Shown here: piece after piece, positions 12,139 to 21,200 of the stretch
Layout of the letters: each line of letters begins with the position of its first letter
Position numbering within the stretch: the stretch's first letter is position 1
Assembly: GCF_001194135.2 (NCBI RefSeq)
Contig: NC_068991.1
Coordinates: 7,544,748-7,593,954 of the forward strand
Reading direction: 5' to 3'
DNA length: 49,207 nucleotides
DNA from: Octopus bimaculoides
Lineage: Eukaryota
The notes under the pieces: model-generated
Seen by the model: the letters and a program-made list of their open reading frames with translations, nothing else
Databases searched by the model: none
What the model was told of the DNA's origin: nothing
Program-made: the position numbers and the translations under genes

Positions 12139-15100
12139 ATGGTTGGAGTGAGAAGAACACCTAAATCAAGTAAGAAAATCACTAAAGAAACAAAAGAAGT
12201 AACTCCCCCCAAAAAATTATGTAAAGATACGGAAAACGAGAAACAAACTGAATGTTTGTTTTTAAAACCTGAGGTGAATTTTAATGATTCCATTGATTTT
12301 AAAACTCCTGAGAGGAAAATTGGTACAGGCAGATCTAGACTCCGTAACCAAATTGATTATGTGAGACTTAACGATCCTCACAAAAAGGAGTATTCTTTAA
12401 TTAGAAAAAACACAAAACAAAATATATCAACAAACACTTCCCTCGAATCTGTAAGTGTAACTCATTCAGAAAGTTCCAAGAAACGTGCAAGAAAATCTTC
12501 CCAAACCAAAAATGAAGATTCACATTTGCAAAATGTTACACCATCTCCGAAACCTGAAAAAATTCATTTATCTCAGCCCAAATCTGTTAAATCTTCAAGT
12601 AAGCAACTTAAGGAGACCAAAAACAAAGTAAATTCTAAATCAAAGACCCCTGATTTTGATAAGAAGTTTCTTGAAGAAAAATCTTTATGTAATACCCTGA
12701 ATCAACAAATTCCCAAGTCTAGATTGCCAAAAAATCAAAATTTGTCTGAATTGGTTCAAAGTTCAGATAATAACGCTTCTTTTTCTGGCCTCACAATCTA
12801 CAAAAGTCCTTCTGACCCCTTGGAAATTGTGAAAAAAGGAAACTCTTCTTTCACTTCAGGTGAGCAGTCTGAAATATCTAATAGCTGTGGGACTTACTTA
12901 CGAAATAGGAGAAAAATTAGTTATAAATTCAATATCAAAGAATCCAGAAAATATGTTCCTGCTGTTACATCTTCACATGTCCCTTCTATTACATCTTCTC
13001 ATGTCTCCTCTGTTACATCTTCACATGTCCCCACCGAAACATCTTCATATGTCTCTGCTGTTACATCTTTATATGTCCCCATTGGAACATCTTCAAATGT
13101 CCCCTCTGCTACATTTTCATATGTCCCCTCTGTTACATCTTCTCATGTTTCCTCTGTTACATCTTCACATGTCTCCACTGAAGCATCTTCACATGTCCCC
13201 TCTGTTACATCCTCACATGTCCTTTCTGTTACATCTTCACATGACCCCTCTGTTACATCTTCACATGACCCCTCTGTTACATCTTCCCGTATCCCTTCTG
13301 TTACGTCTTCACATGTACCCTCTGTTGCATCTTCACATGTTCCATCTTTACATGTCTCCAATGGGACCTCTTCACATGTCTTTTCTCTTACATCTTCACA
13401 TGTCCCCACCGAAGCAGATTCACACTTTTCTACAGCTACATCTCCCCTTGTTTATGCTATTACATCTCCAATTGCTTCCACAGAAACAGGATTTGACCAT
13501 CAACAAAATAAACTGGAATTAGACAATGATTTTACTGAAGTACAAATGAAGATTTGTCCTGCATGCGAAGATGATTTTCCCCTTCTATTATTTGAAGAGC
13601 ATGTACTACAATGTCTTAAGGAACAATTTCAGTCATCCAGCCACAAGCCATTTGACAATAAAACAAAACACAGCCAAATATCCCAAGATGAAATATTAGC
13701 CCAAAAGTTGCATGAAGAACTGAATGAAAATGCCTTGACAACTAATGACTCTCTAGAATCTGACAAAATTATGTGTTGTATATGTAAAACAGATTTGACC
13801 TGCTTGAATTCATTACACAGAACTCAGCATATCAACACATGTATTGACCAAACAGAAAATACAAAAGCTCCCCCTGACACTGTAACAGAATCCGTAGTCA
13901 TTTGTCCTATGTGTGGGCTGCAATTTAAGTCTTTTTCTTTAAGAGAGCTGCATTTCAAAAGCTGTGGAAGGGATAAATTTATTGCACCTGGACAGCATAT
14001 TGTTACTAATGTCCATGGTGAACCCAGCAGATTGACCACAAACAAAAGGCAGTCAAAGAATAGAAAAACATCCAAGTCTAAAAAAGCTCCTGATGATCAA
14101 CTTGAGTTAGCGCTAGCCATGTCTAATTCTCTTCAAGAAGAACAAAACAAACAGGAAGAACAATTAAGCCGGTGTATCCAGAATATAAAAAAAGAAGTTT
14201 TGAAAGAGTTAAAAAATCAGAAAAACAAACAACTTCCATTGTTAGTTAGATTATCAGATGAAGAGCGCCAAGAATGCAATGCAGAAAAAGTTGCTAATAT
14301 TATGAACGAAAATTTTGAAAATGTTTCCTTAAGTAAACGACATAAACATAGTTCCTTAGCTCCAACAGAACCTACCAATCTATGGTTAAAATCTTCACTA
14401 ACTCAGGCAGATTCTTCAAAACTTCCATTCTATGTGAATTCATTGATGCCCCCCATTGAAATGGATGTTGTAAGTGTAGAAAATCGATTGAAATGTTTAT
14501 CGAGAAACACTGAAAGTGTTATTAATCAAAATACAACTGATTCTGCTGATAAAGAAAATGATCAGCAACCAGTAGCACCAAGCCAAACTGCTCTCATCTT
14601 AGCTGAGCTGGCAGGTGACAATGAACCTGCTAATGATTCTATGCACACACCTGTCGAAGATGAGTCACCAAATGTTCAAAAAGAAATGAATGAAGAGTGT
14701 TCAACAGGTTTACTAACATCTTTAAGTTCAGACTTCTGTCAATTAGTCAACAACTCTAGTTTTAGTGATGTTCAGTTTATGACAGCTGATGGAACTAAAA
14801 TTTTTGGGCATAAAATAATTCTTCAAATCAGATGTCCCAATATTTTAAACAGAATCTCTACTCATCTTGAGACACCCATTGTTCATCTGAGCGAAATATC
14901 TCATGATCTGTTAATAGTGTTTCTGAAGTATATTTATGCTGGGCAGTTAAATATAGATGAAACTCAAGCACACAACTTAAAGATGCTCTCCCAGGAGTTT
15001 GAAATGCCTGAATTATTTCATGCCTGTGAGAAAATGTTAAAAACCAGTGTAAATCATAACCAACAAAGTTCAGGTTTTTATCCATCTCCTTTAAAAACAG

Positions 15101-18100
15101 TTGATGATATGATTGATTATTTACTTGAAAGCTCAGATGAAGATGTTGAAAACAGAAATATTTGTCCAGAAAATCCAAGCTGTGATTATAAAATATTAGA
15201 TATAGAGAAACAACCTCAAGATTCTCAGAATGATAACCAGTCTACTGTAACAAGAGATTCTGCCGAATTTCAAAATTCCACAAATACCTCTCCAAATGTT
15301 ATCTCACCTTCTTCGAAAGTTTTGGGAAATTCATTAAATGGATATTCTGGTGATAATGGAAGCAATTTGGATTATTTGTCAAATGTGCCTGTCTCTTCTG
15401 AACTTGGAACATCTGCTCAGTTACCTGAAATAAACTGTGACAATCAGCCAAACAAACCACAATCTAATTACAATATTGATCATTTATCCACTGATAAAAC
15501 TGACAACCCTTGTGATACTGTGATGACACTGCAAAAGTCTCCATCAGACTTAACATCCTCACAGAATACACCTCATTCACCAGAGACTGATAAAGGTTTT
15601 GAGTTAAATAAAAATGTGCTCCCGTCATTCACATCCACTTTGCCTGTTTCTACTAATTTAACTGATAACAGCAATAATAATTCTGAGAATAAAGAGCAAT
15701 GCCAATTAGATAATGCTGAGTTAATTAAAGATTTTTCTCCAATTCCTTTTGAGGATGAATCTTTTAACAATTCTCTTGAGACTAAATCTTATTGTGATGA
15801 TATCACAACACCTGAAAAGGACAACATTCATTACAACAGGGAAAACGTATTAAGTTTAAGTGATGATCTGTCGAATATGTCCAAAGAATTATTTAGTGAT
15901 CATGAGCTAGAAACTGTAGAAAACAACAAAACCAGTATCCAGAATAGTTTTGATAACCAACAAGAGTTCACATCATCTCATCAAATAGTGGAAAATATAT
16001 CTCCTTGCCACAAAGAAAATAAACCAGACATTTCAAACTATAACTTTTCTAGTCATGAAAATGTCTTCTTAATTAAAGACAGTGACGAAATAAATAATAG
16101 TCCAAATGTAGATAATACTGTTGCAGATGATCCAGTTTGTAGAATTATTTATACATCTCAGTCTTTGGCATCTAATGATGGATCAAACAAAGAACTTACT
16201 GTTCCTCTGTCTCTTTCTACAGAGACTAATTGTAATTTAGGAGAGAAATTTTGTTTTCTAAATTCTTCTGCTCCAGTTTTTCCGAAAACACAAGAAGTGA
16301 AGGACATAAATAAAAACCTGAATGAAGATCAACCAGAGACGTTTTCTCAAAACCAAAATAGAAAAAGGAAACAAAGTTCTCTGTCTTCTTCACCATTAAA
16401 TAGGAAGAAAACTAAGAAAGAACTTGAAACGGAAGAGAACAGTCATTTGACTTTATATAATAGAAGTTCTCCAATTTTAAATTCAGACAATTCAAAGTTA
16501 GAAACAAGCAAAGAGGAGCCGTTTTCACCAATCAACTCATTAAATTCGTCTGTTAATTTATGTAATGACAATGGCAGCAATAAAGTGTACACAGTAAATT
16601 CTGAAACAAGTATTACTATAGTTGTTAATGACAGCTATGAAAATACACATCAGTATAAAAATGAGAGTGATCTTGATATAAGTAAGGAGACATATAGTGA
16701 CATTTCTGAGATAAATAATCTGCAAATAAGCCCCAAACAACCTAATGATACTGAGTCAAATAGGGAATCCATTGAAAGTGCATCTCCTGAAAAGAATTCA
16801 AATTATGAAAATGATAGAGAAATATATGAAGAAAGTTTTACTGCTGATGATATGAATGAAACAACTTATGGAAAAGCCCACTTTAGTGTATTAAATAGTT
16901 TTATCCAGGATAATCCTGACTTGTATAAAAAAATACTCGAGTATGAGCCACTTGATTTTGATGTTTTGAAGAAAAGGCTTGGAGAATCTAAAATAAAATG
17001 TTCAAATAAGAAGCTACTTGAATATCTTGAGAATCAGTGTATAACATTTATTTTGAACAAAGATAAACGAAGTAGAAAATCTTGCTCACCACAGAAAAGA
17101 AAAACAGTTAAGGAAAAACTTAACACAGAGGCAAGTAGTAATTTAGAAACAATGGCAAAGGTGGAGGAATTATCAGAGAAATGTTCTTTAAATTCATCTT
17201 TTAATAACATTTCTGATGATTTATATAATTATGAAGACGGGAAAACTAAACAGTTTGACGATGATGTTACAAATGAAGAAGAAAGAGCAGATTTAAAGAA
17301 ACTTTCCCCAAATGTCTCAAATGATTTCTGTTCCGCCAAAGAATACCAAATGGAAACATCTGAAAAACCGAAGAAGAAATTTGTATTCAAAAAGATTACA
17401 GCAAAATCCTCGATTTGCAGTTCAGCAGGAAACAAAACTGTGGATACTGGAACTTCTGACTGCCTTGTGAAATCGTTTACTGAACCATCAGCTTCTGATA
17501 AAAAAATTACAAACAATGAAAACCTTCAGTTAAATCATAATGCCACCAATGACGTCTGGGAACACTTTTGTGATGATTCTCTGGTAGCATTCTCCCCAAT
17601 ACCTTCACATTCCAGAGTCAATTTGGACTCCAGTAAAGATAAACTAGATTTATCTCCTGTAGCTGAACAAAATCTTGCTCACTCTTCATCACATGATTGT
17701 TCTTACACAAGTATTATAGAAGATGTAAAACAGATGTCCTGTCTGGGATCTGAATTAAATTGTTCTTTATCTGATTCATTTGAAAATATTGATCTGAAAC
17801 CTAATCCTAATGCTAAATTTGAAACTCCAGCAAATGTTAACCATCAAACAAACTGTGGTGAAAAAGAGCAAAGTATTCTATCGCCCTTTACTCCAATGCC
17901 AGATTATGATAAAATGTCCACACCAGGCCTAAAAAAAGAGATGAAGAAATACGGGTGCAAAGCAAGACCTAAGAAAAATATGATCAAAGTTCTTAAAGAC
18001 ATCTTTATCAGAACTCATCAGTATAAAAGCGATAGCGAACAAGACACAAGTATGGACACAAATAATGAAATTTCTGAGACAAACAGATTCCAAATAAGCT

Positions 18101-18516
18101 CTCCAGAACCCAAGAATCCTCAGACAGATAAAGAATCAGCTGAGAGTATATCTCCTATAAATATTTCAAGTTTTGAAAATGATGGAGTGGTGATATATGA
18201 AGAAAATTATATTGCTAACGAGACAGAAGAAGTAACGAGTAGTCAACAGACGAATGGAGAAATACTTTTTAGTAAAGTAAATGATTTTATCCAGACTAAT
18301 CCTGACTTCTATAGAAAAGTACTTATGTATGAACCTCTTGATTTTGATGTTTTGAAGAAAACTCTTGAAGAGTCCAATATAAAATGTCCTGCTAATAAAC
18401 TGTTGGAATATCTTGATAACCAGTGTATAACGTTTGCTCTGAGTAAAGATAAACAATCTAAGAGGAAACCACACAGGGGGGGCACTGGCAGACCAAGAAA
18501 AGGAAAGAAAGTGTGA
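12139..18516 (+). CDS. SLX4: Structure-specific endonuclease scaffold SLX4 (FANCP/BTBD12)-like, ~2125 aa, single coding exon
   Basis: 6.4-kb ORF with no stop. ATG at 12139 in strong context (aaccATGG), 31 nt after a poly-T/CAG acceptor (AG at 12106-12107). Domain order matches SLX4: UBZ4-like fingers (CCIC..HINTC 13774-13842; CPMC..HFKSC 13903-13965), MLR-like DDQLELALAMS (~14092), BTB (SDFCQLVNNSSFSDVQF..GHKIILQIRCP, ~14725-15036), SAP (PMPDYDKMSTPGLKKEMKKYG, 17893-18021), C-terminal SLX1-binding domain (YRKVLMYEPLDF..LDNQCITF, 18280-18435). An upstream coding exon cannot be excluded. Confidence 0.93.
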   Translation: MVGVRRTPKSSKKITKETKEVTPPKKLCKDTENEKQTECLFLKPEVNFNDSIDFKTPERKIGTGRSRLRNQIDYVRLNDPHKKEYSLIRKNTKQNISTNTSLESVSVTHSESSKKRARKSSQTKNEDSHLQNVTPSPKPEKIHLSQPKSVKSSSKQLKETKNKVNSKSKTPDFDKKFLEEKSLCNTLNQQIPKSRLPKNQNLSELVQSSDNNASFSGLTIYKSPSDPLEIVKKGNSSFTSGEQSEISNSCGTYLRNRRKISYKFNIKESRKYVPAVTSSHVPSITSSHVSSVTSSHVPTETSSYVSAVTSLYVPIGTSSNVPSATFSYVPSVTSSHVSSVTSSHVSTEASSHVPSVTSSHVLSVTSSHDPSVTSSHDPSVTSSRIPSVTSSHVPSVASSHVPSLHVSNGTSSHVFSLTSSHVPTEADSHFSTATSPLVYAITSPIASTETGFDHQQNKLELDNDFTEVQMKICPACEDDFPLLLFEEHVLQCLKEQFQSSSHKPFDNKTKHSQISQDEILAQKLHEELNENALTTNDSLESDKIMCCICKTDLTCLNSLHRTQHINTCIDQTENTKAPPDTVTESVVICPMCGLQFKSFSLRELHFKSCGRDKFIAPGQHIVTNVHGEPSRLTTNKRQSKNRKTSKSKKAPDDQLELALAMSNSLQEEQNKQEEQLSRCIQNIKKEVLKELKNQKNKQLPLLVRLSDEERQECNAEKVANIMNENFENVSLSKRHKHSSLAPTEPTNLWLKSSLTQADSSKLPFYVNSLMPPIEMDVVSVENRLKCLSRNTESVINQNTTDSADKENDQQPVAPSQTALILAELAGDNEPANDSMHTPVEDESPNVQKEMNEECSTGLLTSLSSDFCQLVNNSSFSDVQFMTADGTKIFGHKIILQIRCPNILNRISTHLETPIVHLSEISHDLLIVFLKYIYAGQLNIDETQAHNLKMLSQEFEMPELFHACEKMLKTSVNHNQQSSGFYPSPLKTVDDMIDYLLESSDEDVENRNICPENPSCDYKILDIEKQPQDSQNDNQSTVTRDSAEFQNSTNTSPNVISPSSKVLGNSLNGYSGDNGSNLDYLSNVPVSSELGTSAQLPEINCDNQPNKPQSNYNIDHLSTDKTDNPCDTVMTLQKSPSDLTSSQNTPHSPETDKGFELNKNVLPSFTSTLPVSTNLTDNSNNNSENKEQCQLDNAELIKDFSPIPFEDESFNNSLETKSYCDDITTPEKDNIHYNRENVLSLSDDLSNMSKELFSDHELETVENNKTSIQNSFDNQQEFTSSHQIVENISPCHKENKPDISNYNFSSHENVFLIKDSDEINNSPNVDNTVADDPVCRIIYTSQSLASNDGSNKELTVPLSLSTETNCNLGEKFCFLNSSAPVFPKTQEVKDINKNLNEDQPETFSQNQNRKRKQSSLSSSPLNRKKTKKELETEENSHLTLYNRSSPILNSDNSKLETSKEEPFSPINSLNSSVNLCNDNGSNKVYTVNSETSITIVVNDSYENTHQYKNESDLDISKETYSDISEINNLQISPKQPNDTESNRESIESASPEKNSNYENDREIYEESFTADDMNETTYGKAHFSVLNSFIQDNPDLYKKILEYEPLDFDVLKKRLGESKIKCSNKKLLEYLENQCITFILNKDKRSRKSCSPQKRKTVKEKLNTEASSNLETMAKVEELSEKCSLNSSFNNISDDLYNYEDGKTKQFDDDVTNEEERADLKKLSPNVSNDFCSAKEYQMETSEKPKKKFVFKKITAKSSICSSAGNKTVDTGTSDCLVKSFTEPSASDKKITNNENLQLNHNATNDVWEHFCDDSLVAFSPIPSHSRVNLDSSKDKLDLSPVAEQNLAHSSSHDCSYTSIIEDVKQMSCLGSELNCSLSDSFENIDLKPNPNAKFETPANVNHQTNCGEKEQSILSPFTPMPDYDKMSTPGLKKEMKKYGCKARPKKNMIKVLKDIFIRTHQYKSDSEQDTSMDTNNEISETNRFQISSPEPKNPQTDKESAESISPINISSFENDGVVIYEENYIANETEEVTSSQQTNGEILFSKVNDFIQTNPDFYRKVLMYEPLDFDVLKKTLEESNIKCPANKLLEYLDNQCITFALSKDKQSKRKPHRGGTGRPRKGKKV

Positions 18517-18880
18517 TTTAGCTTTCATGAAAACAGTTTCTCATAAAACTTGTAAATTCTTCCACCACTTTTTTGTATTTATTTAATGTTTTTGGAATGT
18601 TGTTTAAGGAATGTATTAATTTTTGTATATAAACAAAGATTCCATATTAACTAACGTGACACTCTAATTTATTTACGTTTTTATTTTTTTACTTTTCAGA
18701 GTAAACAGGTCTAGAGATATATTTTTTTTTATTATTAAAAATTTATTATTAATGCTACTTCAAAATCAGCTCATCTGTTTTCTATTTACATACAAATACT
18801 TACATATATATATATATATACAGTTTCGTTACAATTGTGTTAAAGTATATTGTTGAAAATGTATTTTTAATATTACTTCC

Positions 18881-18886
18881 AATAAA
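18881..18886 (+). terminator. Candidate polyadenylation signal for SLX4
   Basis: AATAAA 365 nt downstream of the stop codon in a U-rich 3' region. Confidence 0.4.
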
Positions 18887-20115
18887 ATTTCAGTATTAAA
18901 CACTGGTGATATGTTACGCTAAATGAATCATCACAAACCTAATTGTAGAATTAGAACATCACGGAGCCAAAGGAGACTTGATCGTTTTGGTTGCTTTAAC
19001 ATTTGTACAGCAGACACCAGGTATAAACCTAGGTTGTTCAATAAGCATCGTCCTCACAAATGGATAGGATTTACCATTATAATGGGAACCTTTAAGCCAG
19101 TGAACATTTTCTGATCTTTTGACAATGATGTTTATCTAAAATATAAATGGCAGTATACATGTGTGTGTATGTAGATAGATCATCATCATCATTGTGTAAT
19201 GTCTGTTTTCCATGCTGGCATGGGTTGGATGGTTTGACAGGAGCTGCCCAGGCTCCCTGTCTGTTTTAGCATGGTTTCTACAGCTGGCTGCCCTTCCTAA
19301 TACCAACCAGCACCCACAAGCCTGCTAGATTAGGAACGCTCAACTGGAGATGGCTGCAGGGCCCGTGGCTGTATGCCAGGACAGTTTTACTTATTTTGAT
19401 GTGTCTTCTCAAGCACAGCAAACTGCCAAGAGTCTCATCTGTGATGCTCAACATCTGAAGATCTTTTCTCACTTCTTCATCTCATATTTTCCTGGGCCTA
19501 CCCCTTCCACATGTTCCCTCCACAAATCTATAGCACATTATAACTGAAAGGCTTTGATTTCCAATACTCCGAACTACTCGTTTCCTCTCATCAGCTGGTA
19601 AATAAGTGTGTTGCCAATACAGGCTGAATGTTCAGTGAGCCATGCCAAATCTCCAGCCTCTAAATTGTCTCAACCCAACTCAAGGTGGCAAAGCATATTC
19701 GAAATGATTAATGTCTGCAGATGATGTTTTAATATGATAATAATTTCTAAGAGGCAACTCTGTCACACTAACCAGCTCATGATGCTAATCTATCTCTCTC
19801 CCTCCTTCCTTCTCCCCCTCTCTCTGAAGTGAATTGCATTTTAGATCCTGGTGCATCTCTTGCTTTAGGCTACTATTATATTTTCTTATGACCACTTGTG
19901 TATTTGGAAATCATTGAAATGGTCAGAGAAAAATGGTACAATATCTACAATGTGTGTGTGTGTCTGGGTTCAATTTTATCATTAACTAATCAATTAATTA
20001 ATTAGTTAATTATTGATTAGTTTGTTGTAAACTTTGTCATTTTACTGTAGGTTTTATAGACACTCACACACACACACACATATACATACATACATGTATA
20101 TATATACATACATAT

Positions 20116-20146
<31 letters not shown>

Positions 20147-21200
20147 NNNNNNNNNNNNNNNNNNNNNNNNNNNNNNNNNNNNNNNNNNNNNNNNNNNNNN
20201 NNNNNNNNNNNNNNNNNNNNNNNNNNNNNNNNNNNNNNNNNNNNNNNNNNNNNNNNNNNNNNNNNNNNNNNNNNNNNNNNNNNNNNNNNNNNNNNNNNNN
20301 NNNNNNNNNNNNNNNNNNNNNNNNNNNNNNNNNNNNNNNNNNNNNNNNNNNNNNNNNNNNNNNNNNNNNNNNNNNNNNNNNNNNNNNNNNNNNNNNNNNN
20401 NNNNNNNNNNNNNNNNNNNNNNNNNNNNNNNNNNNNNNNNNNNNNNNNNNNNNNNNNNNNNNNNNNNNNNNNNNNNNNNNNNNNNNNNNNNNNNNNNNNN
20501 NNNNNNNNNNNNNNNNNNNNNNNNNNNNNNNNNNNNNNNNNNNNNNNNNNNNNNNNNNNNNNNNNNNNNNNNNNNNNNNNNNNNNNNNNNNNNNNNNNNN
20601 NNNNNNNNNNNNNNNNNNNNNNNNNNNNNNNNNNNNNNNNNNNNNNNNNNNNNNNNNNNNNNNNNNNNNNNNNNNNNNNNNNNNNNNNNNNNNNNNNNNN
20701 NNNNNNNNNNNNNNNNNNNNNNNNNNNNNNNNNNNNNNNNNNNNNNNNNNNNNNNNATCAATTGAATAATAAAAAATACAAGAATATTTATTTCTACAAA
20801 CGTAGAAATAAAAATAAAAATATGAATGAAAGAATTAGGAAAGAAAAAAATTATTAAGAATAAAAGATTAAACTTTATATATATATATATATATACAAGG
20901 TTTTAATTTAAAAACCTTTAACGATATTACAAACAATAAAGACTAATTATTAATCAAATATTATTAATCAAAAATAACCGAAAATATATAAACACTATTC
21001 AAATCGAAGTTCTAATATTATGTTGAAATGAAACTATAACTTCTAAATAATTTAGTATTAAATAAGTTATCTATTAAAAATAATCTTTAAACAACCAAAT
21101 GAATAATATAAAAAACAAGAATATATACTATTTTCAAATAGTAGAAAATCTTTAGCAAAGTAAAAATAGTACTTATCCATATTTTTCCATAATTCAAACT

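Noticed and set aside
12860-13522. 220-aa alternative-frame ORF (MSLLLHLHMSP..) and the antisense ORF at 13143-13409
   Set aside because: These are shadow frames of the 24-nt coding repeat, which happens to lack stops.
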